From IMG/VR virus record IMGVR_UViG_3300042350_004528, positions 186,001-250,000 of that record: 64,000 nucleotides of DNA, one strand, 5' to 3'. Below the pieces are notes generated by a model that had not been told where the DNA came from, did no database searches, and saw only the letters and a list, made by a program, of their open reading frames with translations. The position numbers were made by a program, and so were the translations under genes. Below, piece by piece: positions 54,836 through 64,000 of this stretch. Each line of letters begins with the position of its first letter. Position 1 is the stretch's first letter.

Positions 54836-55603
54836 TTACAAATCATTAAATAACTTGATCATATCCGAGATATCAACAACACCCTTTTTCTGAATCACAT
54901 GAGTTGCACATTCGTTTGCAAAGAAAATGCTAGTCTCAACATGCCTTGTTTTAATTAACGCAGCGGTGAACGCGGCGATAAAAGTATCACCAGCCCCAGC
55001 CACATCCCTAACATCAACCTTTTTTGTTGGATAGTTATTGCCATTAAGGTCACAACCATCACCACCTTTAGTGATTAATAATTTATTACTTATCTTATTG
55101 ATAACGTTATTATTATGCGCTGGGTTCTTACTTTCTGAATGATTAACTTTGATATATGTTGCATTAGTTATCCACGACCCGAAAGGTTTCTTAGTGTCAA
55201 CTGTCGATATGTTGCTATTCGCTATGATATACTCAATCATCTCTGTCGTTAAAAATCCCTTGTCGTAATCGGATATAATAACAGCATCATAGTTAGCAAA
55301 CTCAACGCTTGATATTTTACTGAAAACCAGCGGTTCAACAACATCACCATCATCAACTCTCAATAAAATGTAATTGGATTTCTCATCTACATAACGAGTC
55401 TTAACCATGTTTGTTTCTTGGTAAATAAAATCAACATCAATACCCAATGATTTTAAATTAGCAACAACATTACCAGCCATACCTGGATTAGTTTTGGTAT
55501 CGATTGGTTTAAATACTGGTGTGGGGGCTTCTGGGTTTAACCTGGAACACTCTCCATAGATAAATTTATCTATACAAATTTCACCGATAACTAAAATTTT
55601 CAT
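54836..55603 (-). CDS. PfkB-family kinase similar to HldE heptose-7-phosphate kinase domain
   Basis: RLNPEAPTP, GMAGNV, SDYDKG, DVAGAGDT. Confidence 0.85.
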   Translation of the reverse strand: MKILVIGEICIDKFIYGECSRLNPEAPTPVFKPIDTKTNPGMAGNVVANLKSLGIDVDFIYQETNMVKTRYVDEKSNYILLRVDDGDVVEPLVFSKISSVEFANYDAVIISDYDKGFLTTEMIEYIIANSNISTVDTKKPFGSWITNATYIKVNHSESKNPAHNNNVINKISNKLLITKGGDGCDLNGNNYPTKKVDVRDVAGAGDTFIAAFTAALIKTRHVETSIFFANECATHVIQKKGVVDISDMIKLFNDL

Positions 55604-55785
55604 ATTAAATAACAAAATTGCGATTCTTTTTCTGAAGACCTAACCTGATGAATTATACCTCGGTCTGTCCTCACAACTAATTTATTTTCTTTTGGTAGCA
55701 CTTCTAAAACTACACCTGTTTTATGTTCACCGAGGAACGAGAAATTAACTGGATCCCCAACTTTATAGTCCGAAATCTTTTTCAT
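55600..55785 (-). CDS. Small beta-barrel hypothetical protein
   Basis: KVGD.V..GVV. Confidence 0.7.
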   Translation of the reverse strand: MKKISDYKVGDPVNFSFLGEHKTGVVLEVLPKENKLVVRTDRGIIHQVRSSEKESQFCYLI

Positions 55786-56430
55786 TTAATCCCACCAACC
55801 TCTAATGTCTCTGTTTAATAACTTGAACAAAATATCCTGAGCCCTTTTTTCGTTGTAGTGACTAAGATTCATCGCCAATCTTCTTTTATATTCATCTTTG
55901 GTTAATTCAAAAATTTGATGTTTTTTATTGGCCAAAACTTTCCTAACAGCAGCTTTATGTTGATTAAAATACTCGTCATATCTCTCAGAGACCTCAACAA
56001 TTTCTAGTTCCTTGTAATCAGGTTTATCATCCATATCCAACCAATTGTAATTTGATTCGTGATAATCCATGTATTCCATTGAATAATATTCTTCTTGAAT
56101 TTTATCAATAAGCCTAACACATAACATCATTCTTTGAGCATCGTATTTGGCTGATGTATGGATATCCCTATCACCAATATATTTGGATTGATTTTTAAGT
56201 TTAAACTTTAATATCTCCCAGATAAAATGATCATCCCAATCCCTATCTTTCCAGATAACTGGGAACCATCTGACTAAATTTTTAATGTTACGCGAAAATT
56301 CCCTGAATCTCCACCCCAGGTTTTTCCAATAATAATCGTAAGTTTTATCCCATAAAACTTTTAATTTATTGGGTTCCTTAACATTTTCATCAGTATCAAA
56401 ATCAATATTTAGTTTATGGCTATTTCTCAT
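55786..56430 (-). CDS. Phage hypothetical protein
   Basis: WFPVIWKDRDWD..GWWD. Confidence 0.85.
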   Translation of the reverse strand: MRNSHKLNIDFDTDENVKEPNKLKVLWDKTYDYYWKNLGWRFREFSRNIKNLVRWFPVIWKDRDWDDHFIWEILKFKLKNQSKYIGDRDIHTSAKYDAQRMMLCVRLIDKIQEEYYSMEYMDYHESNYNWLDMDDKPDYKELEIVEVSERYDEYFNQHKAAVRKVLANKKHQIFELTKDEYKRRLAMNLSHYNEKRAQDILFKLLNRDIRGWWD

Positions 56431-56811
56431 TCAGTTAAATAATTTAAGTTTTGTGTGTTTAAATGTTTTCTTTGTGTAAATACTTACTCGGCGTTTAAAA
56501 CAACGGAATCTAATTTTCAACTCATCAATACCATCAACACCAGCACAAACTGTTTTGTGAAACTTTAGTAGTTCTCTGATCATTTGTGGCCTCTTCTTAG
56601 CTGACTTTAAAAAGACATCGTTAAACTTACCAAAGTGCTTAATTTCGTACTTGCAACCATCAAAGTCAGCCACATTGTATGTGATGGAAAATTGATGGTC
56701 TGTGACCATAATTGATGTGGTGTCAGGTACATTTGACGTAATCCAAACGGTTAACCCATCTTCCGTATGAAAGATAGATTTGGAAACTTTTTGATTTACA
56801 TTACTTTCCAT
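56431..56811 (-). CDS. Hypothetical protein
   Basis: ORF track. Confidence 0.72.
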   Translation of the reverse strand: MESNVNQKVSKSIFHTEDGLTVWITSNVPDTTSIMVTDHQFSITYNVADFDGCKYEIKHFGKFNDVFLKSAKKRPQMIRELLKFHKTVCAGVDGIDELKIRFRCFKRRVSIYTKKTFKHTKLKLFN

Positions 56812-56819
56812 TTTTATAT

Positions 56820-57428
56820 TTATATTAGATGTTTCAATATTTTTTCTTTAATACCAGATTGTTTTATACCCTCGAAATCTCTAGGCGTCCAGACAAAATT
56901 TTCTAAACCCCAATCGCGATCAAATGGGCCATATGAACTATTCTCAACATGTATACCCATGTGTAAATCATCAACAGCGACCCAATGAGTAACTTCTGGA
57001 TGATCTCTTAACCAACGAAGGATTTCAAAATGTCTTTCTTGCTCCCTATCAGAGGTTCGAGTCCACGGAAAATCGTTATGGTCAGGGACAAACCCTTCCT
57101 CTAACCAATTTGTAAAATGAAACACCTCTGTTCCATCAATTGGTCTTTTAATAATACCTTTAGATTCATAGTAGTCACCTAATTCTTCAATTGTCGCGTG
57201 TAATCGCCAATCGGAACTAACAACAATTTCAGCGCCAGTTTCTTCAAGTATTTCATTGAGCACTTTAACAGCTTTATCGTCAAAATTATCGAACCTATAT
57301 TCAACAGGAATCTCTTTCGAGGTCATGGACAACTTTCTACCACCCCACTTTTCTTGTTTTTTGTATCGACTACCCCAATTGTTTGACAAACAAATGACCC
57401 CGTCATTATCTAAAAATATAACTTTCAT
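56820..57428 (-). CDS. HAD-superfamily phosphatase (HAD_SAK_2-like)
   Basis: FLDNDGV, IVVSSDWR, AVDD. Confidence 0.85.
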   Translation of the reverse strand: MKVIFLDNDGVICLSNNWGSRYKKQEKWGGRKLSMTSKEIPVEYRFDNFDDKAVKVLNEILEETGAEIVVSSDWRLHATIEELGDYYESKGIIKRPIDGTEVFHFTNWLEEGFVPDHNDFPWTRTSDREQERHFEILRWLRDHPEVTHWVAVDDLHMGIHVENSSYGPFDRDWGLENFVWTPRDFEGIKQSGIKEKILKHLI

Positions 57429-57429
57429 C

Positions 57430-58002
57430 TTAATAATTTAAATCAATGATATCTTTTTCCAACATTGCTTTTGCAATTTCATAGTAATGTTGGTTAAACC
57501 CATCTTTATTTCTTGGTGATGGTAATACATGCACAAAATGATTACGTTGCCCGTAAAGCATATCAGAATCATCATCTATGATGATATAGTTTTCAACACC
57601 AGACTTATCCATGTACTCTTGCTGTACAACTTCATCCCAATTAATATGGTGGAATTGTAGATCGTTATTTAGGTAATACTCTATCTCCATTCCTCGCGGA
57701 ATTGAATAACCTTTGGCTCTCATACTAGGCGTGATGCCAATGATTTTACCTGCCATCTCTTCCATCTCCCAAACCTTTCTCATAAAGTCTATACCACCGT
57801 GTCTCCAGGTTGAACTAACGACAATTTCGGCGCCAGTTTCAAGAATTAATTTGTTCATTAACTCTTTACTCCAAGAGCAAAATGTTTGATAATGATCTTT
57901 GCGGCCATCTTCCCAAACCCATTCTTTGTATTGACACTCACCACTTCGATAAGCATTCTCGCAGTTCAACACACCGTCTATGTCAAGGAATATTACTTTC
58001 AT
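57430..58002 (-). CDS. HAD-superfamily phosphatase (HAD_SAK_2-like)
   Basis: FLDIDGVLN, IVVSSTWR, RGMEI, IIDDDSD. Confidence 0.87.
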   Translation of the reverse strand: MKVIFLDIDGVLNCENAYRSGECQYKEWVWEDGRKDHYQTFCSWSKELMNKLILETGAEIVVSSTWRHGGIDFMRKVWEMEEMAGKIIGITPSMRAKGYSIPRGMEIEYYLNNDLQFHHINWDEVVQQEYMDKSGVENYIIIDDDSDMLYGQRNHFVHVLPSPRNKDGFNQHYYEIAKAMLEKDIIDLNY

Positions 58003-58211
58003 TTTTTATCATTTGATGAGAGTGAAGAATAACCGAGCAAACCAATTAATACTTTGATACCAAGAGCTTGCCAAAACCCAATCTTTACTAAGATAGTGGG
58101 CATAGCTGGAACCAAACAAAAGTTCCATAACCACATTATAGGTAACGCCAAGATAACCGCTAAAAGAAGCAGTAATCCGATCACAATCAAGAACGCTAAT
58201 AATTTTTCCAT
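57999..58211 (-). CDS. Small membrane protein
   Basis: MWLWN..IGFWQALG. Confidence 0.8.
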   Translation of the reverse strand: MEKLLAFLIVIGLLLLLAVILALPIMWLWNFCLVPAMPTILVKIGFWQALGIKVLIGLLGYSSLSSNDKK

Positions 58212-58254
58212 GTTACAAATATAATATTTTTTTATTTAACAACAAAATTTATTT

Positions 58255-58584
58255 TTATTTTATAGTTACTTTTATGCTAACACCAATCGTATCTATTTGA
58301 TAATCCGAATATATCTTGATTGTTTTTTCATTATCTTCGTAGGTACCAGCATCACCATTAAAAAACAAAATAAACTTTTCACCAAAATAAACCTCGTTAG
58401 ATTTATAATTTGTATCTTTATTGATTATCTCGTACTTATATTCTAGTTTGTCTTTTTTATGATGGTTGTATAATAAAAAAGAAAATCCTATCAATATATG
58501 CACTGATAGGAACACACTTAAAATGAGTTTAAAATTTTCTTTGAAAAATTCTAAGATTCGATTAGTTTTCGTCTCCTGGTTCAT
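58255..58584 (-). CDS. Membrane-anchored hypothetical protein
   Basis: One TM. Confidence 0.7.
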   Translation of the reverse strand: MNQETKTNRILEFFKENFKLILSVFLSVHILIGFSFLLYNHHKKDKLEYKYEIINKDTNYKSNEVYFGEKFILFFNGDAGTYEDNEKTIKIYSDYQIDTIGVSIKVTIK

Positions 58585-59107
58585 AATTCAATTGTTTAAG
58601 TATTATATAGTCGTTCGTTTGAATGTATAAGTTGTTTTTACGCATCAGGGTAATAAATGAGTCTAACGGACTTGTTAATGGGAAATATTCGATGACATCG
58701 GATGGTATCCCATAATTTATATAATTAAACCCAGATAATCTGCGATATTTCTTCTCTCTACCCATTTGTTTATAAGGTCGACCAGAATCATCAATAAAAT
58801 TAAACTCTTCCCAGCCATCTGGATCGCGTTTAGGTATATCCCAAGTTTCCTCGTATTTTGGTAACTTTTCAATAACCTCATTCAATAATTCTGGGTTTTC
58901 ACCACATTGTGTGACAGTACCCATTAGTTTGTAATTTTTCGATTCCCCTGGATTAAATTCAAACAAGATGTTACCATCGCTGGTGATTTTGCCCCATGCG
59001 TGATCCATTGTGATGTTTTCTCTAGGTGAATCAATCTCTATCAACAATAATTTGTTCTTTATTGTGTATACTTCAATTGGATTCCATATCGCTTTTAAGT
59101 CTTGCAT
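58562..59107 (-). CDS. Hypothetical protein
   Basis: ORF track. Confidence 0.78.
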   Translation of the reverse strand: MQDLKAIWNPIEVYTIKNKLLLIEIDSPRENITMDHAWGKITSDGNILFEFNPGESKNYKLMGTVTQCGENPELLNEVIEKLPKYEETWDIPKRDPDGWEEFNFIDDSGRPYKQMGREKKYRRLSGFNYINYGIPSDVIEYFPLTSPLDSFITLMRKNNLYIQTNDYIILKQLNYEPGDEN

Positions 59108-59108
59108 A

Positions 59109-59570
59109 TTAACTATTCTTTAATGTACTATCCCAAGCTACATAACAAACTAGATCGTAATTAACTTTACTGGCATCATTGTTCAATATATATGGTTCAC
59201 TTGGTTTAAATTTAACGTATTCGAGTATATCCTCAGCGGGTAATAACTCACTAAGTTGTACTAATTGTTTTAAACTTAATGACTTAAAAACCAATTTACT
59301 CAACATCAAATTCTCTGGATGGAGTCTACTTGAGAAGTGATAAAAGATATTGTCTTTAGTTACTAAGTGTTCGTTTAAACAATAGTCAACCAAATACATG
59401 AACCTCAGATCTTTGAACCATTTCGGTATTGCCTGATCATTCACATCAATACCATGGACAATCTTAAATTGAATCTGGTCAATATAAACACCACGCTCAA
59501 ATTTACCAGCAGTCAAGCCGTTAAATGATGGGTTTTTGGGATTCGTGGTTATGTAATTGTTTAAATCCAT
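59109..59570 (-). CDS. Hypothetical protein
   Basis: Leaderless-type start. Confidence 0.78.
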   Translation of the reverse strand: MDLNNYITTNPKNPSFNGLTAGKFERGVYIDQIQFKIVHGIDVNDQAIPKWFKDLRFMYLVDYCLNEHLVTKDNIFYHFSSRLHPENLMLSKLVFKSLSLKQLVQLSELLPAEDILEYVKFKPSEPYILNNDASKVNYDLVCYVAWDSTLKNS

Positions 59571-59597
59571 ACCACAAATATAATCAAAATTTTTTAA

Positions 59598-60221
59598 TTA
59601 CAAAACTTTAATGACATTTTCTGGACTAATTGCATGATAATTAGTGCCAACCGTTATTATCTTAATCCCATCAATCTCCATAATAATAGGTTTTGGGGCA
59701 TCGTTTGATAAAATCATTAACTCGGAATCATGGGTGTAGCCACACTCAACCAAAGCGGTTGTTAGCCTATGAATAATATAAACGCTGAGGTAATAATCTA
59801 AAACTTTCATATGGTAATTATAATCAAGCTCCTTTTTACCCGTCATACTACCCTGTCCGCTACCATCACATTCTTTACAATCAACAATACTCTCGCAACA
59901 TTCGCACTCAATCTTACCATCACCATCACATGCATAACAATCATCGTATTCATCAATCATTGGAACCGTGTTCAACTTAGTAATTAAATCACCTAATTTT
60001 ACTGGTACATTATTATCCAGTTTCTGGTTCTTTAATACAAATGAAAAATCTGGCATACCATCGGTTTTAATTGTGATCTCATCATCTGGTATTTGCTCTT
60101 TTGGTACCATAATTAAAAGTCGAGAGTCTGTTGCGCAATAATAATCTTCGTACTCAAAATACGCATTTAGTTTGTCCGCTGCAAACATTTTAGCTGCATC
60201 TAGTAATTTAATCTTACTCAT
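59598..60221 (-). CDS. Protein with DnaJ-type CxxCxGxG zinc finger
   Basis: CYACDGDG..CECC..CKECDGSG; start corrected to MSKIK. Confidence 0.8.
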   Translation of the reverse strand: MSKIKLLDAAKMFAADKLNAYFEYEDYYCATDSRLLIMVPKEQIPDDEITIKTDGMPDFSFVLKNQKLDNNVPVKLGDLITKLNTVPMIDEYDDCYACDGDGKIECECCESIVDCKECDGSGQGSMTGKKELDYNYHMKVLDYYLSVYIIHRLTTALVECGYTHDSELMILSNDAPKPIIMEIDGIKIITVGTNYHAISPENVIKVL

Positions 60222-60504
60222 GTTGTCTTTTATTTTTAAATTCTTCAAGTTGTTTTTCCACAATTCTATTCCAATCCATTTCATCGTACTTTGAGCCAAT
60301 GGTTCCAAAATCTTTCTTATACTCGAATATTTCTTTAACCATTAAATCTTTATCAATTGGTGTAAACTTGTCCCAGTTTGTTAATATCATATCAACCGTT
60401 CGGCTAACAATAGGGGTTCTTCTCCCTAATGCATATCTAAAAGCTGATATCATTATAACAGAGTCGACTCTAAATATTTTTCTAAATCTCGGATCTTTCG
60501 TCAT
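60214..60504 (-). CDS. Phage hypothetical protein
   Basis: AFRYALGRRT. Confidence 0.8.
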   Translation of the reverse strand: MTKDPRFRKIFRVDSVIMISAFRYALGRRTPIVSRTVDMILTNWDKFTPIDKDLMVKEIFEYKKDFGTIGSKYDEMDWNRIVEKQLEEFKNKRQHE

Positions 60505-60505
60505 G

Positions 60506-60907
60506 TTATTCTCTATAATAATCGTTTTTTATATGAATATGGCCATTATATATTGGTGAAAACCCATCGAAAGATTCAGCAGGTTCTTCCAATGCAAATC
60601 CCAGTAAAACCAATTTGACATCAAATTTATCGTTCACCGATGAGTAAACCAATTCTTTACCACAAAAAAATAAACAATTTTCTAAAAAATCTGGTATTAT
60701 TTTTTTAAAATCGTAAGAAGCATCAAATGCTTCAATCACATCAATACCCACCCTATCAACAATATAATCAATTTTAACACCGAAATAATTTTTTCTAATC
60801 GATGTTAATGACTTAAGTGATAAAACATAAGCACCCAGTTTACCTGTGAGTTTGTTTAATGGATCGTCTATATTAAAATTAGTATCAAGATAATGAAAAA
60901 TATTCAT
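60506..60907 (-). CDS. Hypothetical protein
   Basis: ORF track. Confidence 0.72.
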   Translation of the reverse strand: MNIFHYLDTNFNIDDPLNKLTGKLGAYVLSLKSLTSIRKNYFGVKIDYIVDRVGIDVIEAFDASYDFKKIIPDFLENCLFFCGKELVYSSVNDKFDVKLVLLGFALEEPAESFDGFSPIYNGHIHIKNDYYRE

Positions 60908-61205
60908 GGTTTTTTATTACAATGTAATTTATAATCTTATGTTTCAACACCAAATCGACAATATTTTTTTTCAAAACAAGTTTTTTAACTTTAGATTTGG
61001 ATCCATCATATATGTGAAAATAAAAATCAAAGATTTCTTTATCATAGTAATGGTAGGGCCCGATTAAATCCACCAACCCAGCTTTTTTTAGCGCCAGATA
61101 GTATTCCTCGATTTTTTCATAGTCACTTTCAGATAACGGATTCTTTATGTTATCTAACAAAATTTTGTTGACAGAAACTTCTCTTTCTATTTCTAATACA
61201 TCCAT
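60885..61205 (-). CDS. Hypothetical protein
   Basis: ORF track. Confidence 0.72.
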   Translation of the reverse strand: MDVLEIEREVSVNKILLDNIKNPLSESDYEKIEEYYLALKKAGLVDLIGPYHYYDKEIFDFYFHIYDGSKSKVKKLVLKKNIVDLVLKHKIINYIVIKNHEYFSLS

Positions 61206-61206
61206 A

Positions 61207-61803
61207 TTAAATTATTTGATCGATAACACCATTTTTCAAAGCTTCTTCTGCCGAAAAATACCAATCTTTTTTAAGATTTTTGATTTGGTCAAGTTGTTTC
61301 TGTTTCAGACGAGTACAATCAATTAAATGTGCGTCATAAACCATCATAATCCTTTTGGTTTCTTCAAGATTTTCCTTCAATATACTAAGTTTATCGTATG
61401 GCATTTGATCCAAACACTCATGATACATGTATGTCGATAACTTGTGTCCGTATCTTTTATCCCCAGATACTAATACAAGTAGAGCCATCGACATAGCAGA
61501 ACCAAAACAATAAGTATAGACCTCGGTATTCGAACTCTCTATTGCCGCGATTAAAGCAAAGCCATCATATACCGATCCCCCAAAGCTATTCACAATCAAT
61601 TTTATTGGCTTACGTTCATAATCAACCAAATTCTCTTGGTTCTCGTCATCATACTCATTAATCTCAGCAATATATTGGATTATATCGCCTACGGAAGATT
61701 CATCTATCTCGCTACTTAGTGTGATCGTCCTTGATGGATTTTCCCTATCAAAAGAAAAATACCTATTCTTCTTTTTGTTCTGGTTTTTTAATTTCATATT
61801 CAT
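61207..61803 (-). CDS. clpP: ClpP-like protease subunit
   Basis: VNSFGGSV, AMSM (Ser), MYH (His), DWYFSAEEA. Confidence 0.87.
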   Translation of the reverse strand: MNMKLKNQNKKKNRYFSFDRENPSRTITLSSEIDESSVGDIIQYIAEINEYDDENQENLVDYERKPIKLIVNSFGGSVYDGFALIAAIESSNTEVYTYCFGSAMSMALLVLVSGDKRYGHKLSTYMYHECLDQMPYDKLSILKENLEETKRIMMVYDAHLIDCTRLKQKQLDQIKNLKKDWYFSAEEALKNGVIDQII

Positions 61804-62101
61804 ATGTCAACCATGGTTTTTTTTGTTGGGTGTTTAGTGCCTCAACTATCTTATTATAATTTTCTTCATAAAATCTTTCACCGTCTTCCGAATTTGCCCA
61901 AAATAGAAATCCTGGTTCAGTCTGCGTCCTCCCCAGGATTTCTTTTGTTGCTCTTCTATCTTTTTTAAGAAATGAAATACTAACATAGTTCAGTATAAAC
62001 TTCCCATCAGTCTTTGACCAATACGCCAGTTGGCCAAATTTTTGTTTGTTCTTTACTCTGGCATTTTCAATAATCTCTATTAAAAATTTAACATTTCCCA
62101 T
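61763..62101 (-). CDS. Hypothetical protein
   Basis: ORF track. Confidence 0.72.
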   Translation of the reverse strand: MGNVKFLIEIIENARVKNKQKFGQLAYWSKTDGKFILNYVSISFLKKDRRATKEILGRTQTEPGFLFWANSEDGERFYEENYNKIVEALNTQQKKPWLTYEYEIKKPEQKEE

Positions 62102-63432
62102 TAACTAGATTCTTCCATATCAACCACACCCGAGTCTTTAACTATACCCTCAAGAACCTTAAACTCAAAAGATTTGTGTTTGTAAATTCTAGGTACCAGA
62201 CCAGATTCTAATCTGACACATACACCCTCACGGATATGGGTATCATCGAGCATTGATTTACCTTTAGAATAAATATCAACAAGTTCAGTAATCTTGTCAT
62301 TAAAATCCCTATCACCGTTTATACTTGGATAGGTTAATTCCATTTCAATTCTTCTGAAACGTGTTATCTCTGGAACATGTTTTACACCTATCTCATTACA
62401 TCTTTTAACAACATCATCCCAAGTGTAATCAACTGATTGGCCATCTGGGTTGGTCATTGTCATACGGTACACATAAAAGTCTTGTTGGGCTGTCGAACAA
62501 CCATATGAGTAAACCATGTGCTTTTTATCGCCCATGTTGGAATACTGTTTCGTGAATTCCTTATCACCCATTTTACTTGTATCAACAGATGGCATGATTG
62601 GCGTATTCTCATTCTCATAACCAACAATCTCAAGATAAACAGTCTCACCTTTTCTTAGATTACCTTTGAAAAGAGCGAAAGCTTTATCTCTTATGGTTGG
62701 ATCATGGAATTGGGTTGCATTTGATTTAGCCTCCTCCAAAACAACTCTGCGTGTACCAGTTAAATAAGCCCATTCAGTCTCGTTTATCTTGATACCAAGC
62801 TTAATCAATAATCTTTCAAACCAATTTAAATCACGGTCAACCAACACATGCCCAACTCTATGAGAAGTTCCGTGTAGTTTTTCTGTGATGACAACCAAAT
62901 CCTCACGATTTATTTGATGTACATTCTTACCAAAATGTTCGGTATCAATATGTTCCTTGAACATAACCGAAGTTTTTGCCACTCTGGTTTTTTTACCTTG
63001 GTTTTGTTGAGCGGCTTTTATTGTGTTCGGGTTGATGTACTTATTACAAATTGGTACACCACCCCATTCATCAATCTCAAGACCCTCATCAACCAGACCA
63101 GTCACATAAATGAAACCAAAACTGTGTAATGGTGTCCAGAAACCATCTGAGATTTCCCCACGAAATCTCTGGGCCCTAACCCTACGGTTATCATCAAACA
63201 TACCAGCTTTATCATCTGGGAATTTGTTCTTTGTTTTATCTCGATATAAGTTATTCGCATGGCAAAACTCATGAGATAACTGACCATCACATGGGAAGTA
63301 TACCCCCCAATGATCTTCTTTGCAATCTAAACCAACCACCACTTGATTACCGTGGCATGTCGCTAATTGCACCTTATCCGCATTAGGATGCGGTCTAACG
63401 TTTTTAAGTTTTGTTACTATTCCTTTATACAT
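62101..63432 (-). CDS. RNA ligase (DRB0094-like: OB fold + Rnl2-type domain)
   Basis: HPNADKV, TEKLHGTS, EIVG, REGVCVR, YKHKS. Confidence 0.85.
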   Translation of the reverse strand: MYKGIVTKLKNVRPHPNADKVQLATCHGNQVVVGLDCKEDHWGVYFPCDGQLSHEFCHANNLYRDKTKNKFPDDKAGMFDDNRRVRAQRFRGEISDGFWTPLHSFGFIYVTGLVDEGLEIDEWGGVPICNKYINPNTIKAAQQNQGKKTRVAKTSVMFKEHIDTEHFGKNVHQINREDLVVITEKLHGTSHRVGHVLVDRDLNWFERLLIKLGIKINETEWAYLTGTRRVVLEEAKSNATQFHDPTIRDKAFALFKGNLRKGETVYLEIVGYENENTPIMPSVDTSKMGDKEFTKQYSNMGDKKHMVYSYGCSTAQQDFYVYRMTMTNPDGQSVDYTWDDVVKRCNEIGVKHVPEITRFRRIEMELTYPSINGDRDFNDKITELVDIYSKGKSMLDDTHIREGVCVRLESGLVPRIYKHKSFEFKVLEGIVKDSGVVDMEESS

Positions 63433-63437
63433 ATTTT

Positions 63438-63719
63438 TTACTTTGATTCTACCATTACGTAAGTACCCTCTACCATACCCCATGAAGATTCTTCATGAAA
63501 GTAATATGTTTCTGGTACGTCTTTGTCTGTCATAGGTCTTGTCAGATACCATAATTGTGACCCTTTCCAAGTGACATTTAACAATTTTTGACCTTTTGGT
63601 AAATGCAATGTGGCCTCACCGCCCCAGTTTTTAACCCGAGAGTTATCAGTACAGGATGTAAATAAACAAACTGAAATAATGGCCGCCCAAATAGATGCGA
63701 TGATAATAATTTTTCTCAT
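63438..63719 (-). CDS. Putative lipoprotein
   Basis: LFTSC lipobox; KL.NVTWK..LWYLTRPM. Confidence 0.82.
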   Translation of the reverse strand: MRKIIIIASIWAAIISVCLFTSCTDNSRVKNWGGEATLHLPKGQKLLNVTWKGSQLWYLTRPMTDKDVPETYYFHEESSWGMVEGTYVMVESK

Positions 63720-63818
63720 ATTATTTTTATTAAGGTACAAAGATAGTGATTATTTTTTTAATTCGCAAATAAAAAAACCCCACAGAGGGGGTTTTTTAAA
63801 AAAAAATTCATATTAAAT

Positions 63819-64000
63819 TTAAATAGAGAATATTTCTGCGAGTTGATCTATGAATTTATTCTTTGGTACATAACCGCTTTTAGTAGCGATTTTTGCCCCA
63901 TTCTTGTAATATAAAAGGGTTGGAATTCCTCTTACATTATTTTTTGCAGCTAACTCTGGACAATTATCCACGTTAACTTTGCATATTTTAACGATACCAA
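63819..64000 (-). CDS. Thioredoxin, C-terminal part (5'-truncated by window)
   Basis: Manual translation KVNVDNCPELAAKNNVRGIPTLLYYKNG. Confidence 0.8.
   Translation of the reverse strand, partial: GIVKICKVNVDNCPELAAKNNVRGIPTLLYYKNGAKIATKSGYVPKNKFIDQLAEIFSI

Noticed and set aside
664-63816. Many opposite-strand and out-of-frame ORFs in the track (e.g. 4374..4853, 10343..10783, 24508..24996, 40279..40707)
   Set aside because: They are shadows of better-supported genes and have no promoter or leader.
1-64000. Stop-codon recoding (code 15 or 4)
   Set aside because: Known enzymes are full length in code 11, and TAG and TGA end genes just before terminators or coupled starts.

Overview
The window looks like a segment of a large lytic phage of a Bacteroidota (Flavobacteriia-like) host. 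It is AT-rich, reads cleanly in genetic code 11, and shows no rRNA and no recognisable virion or replication genes. It has two halves. (1) About 1-32.3 kb is an array of roughly 60-65 (manual count) near-identical Bacteroidota sigma-A-type promoters (TTTG-N20-TAnnTTTG, conserved spacer CAAGTTAAATTTATTTCATT). Each drives one or two small, mostly unknown genes and is often closed by a GGGGAA-GAAA-TTCCCC terminator, so the region looks like a modular early/host-takeover cassette array. Recognisable members are SprT-like, ParB-like, DUF932, DUF3846, DUF4241, DUF6915/DUF6878, YubB-like and Gp88-like proteins. Four promoters have no ORF and drive structured RNAs. Two of these RNAs sit next to two paralogues of one unknown protein. 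Another carries a perfect antisense copy of the 5' leader shared by cassette genes. (2) About 32.6-64 kb is a dense minus-strand block of auxiliary and counter-defence genes: tyrosinase, HD (p)ppGpp-hydrolase-like, DHFR, PurA, SPFH, a Prs-like + Nampt-like pair (NARP1-type), tRNA-Ile2(CAT), MgsA, SmpB, ferritin, HldE-like kinase, two HAD phosphatases, ClpP, RNA ligase and thioredoxin. The 31.3-32.6 kb junction is a non-coding hub with GAATTCA repeats at 24-bp period, TGGG repeats at 10-bp period and IHF-like sites. All calls come from motif recognition by eye; no searches were run. Many ORF-track starts (MQVKFISF.., MHIKF..) are artefacts of the promoter repeat and were moved to the first ATG after the -7 box.
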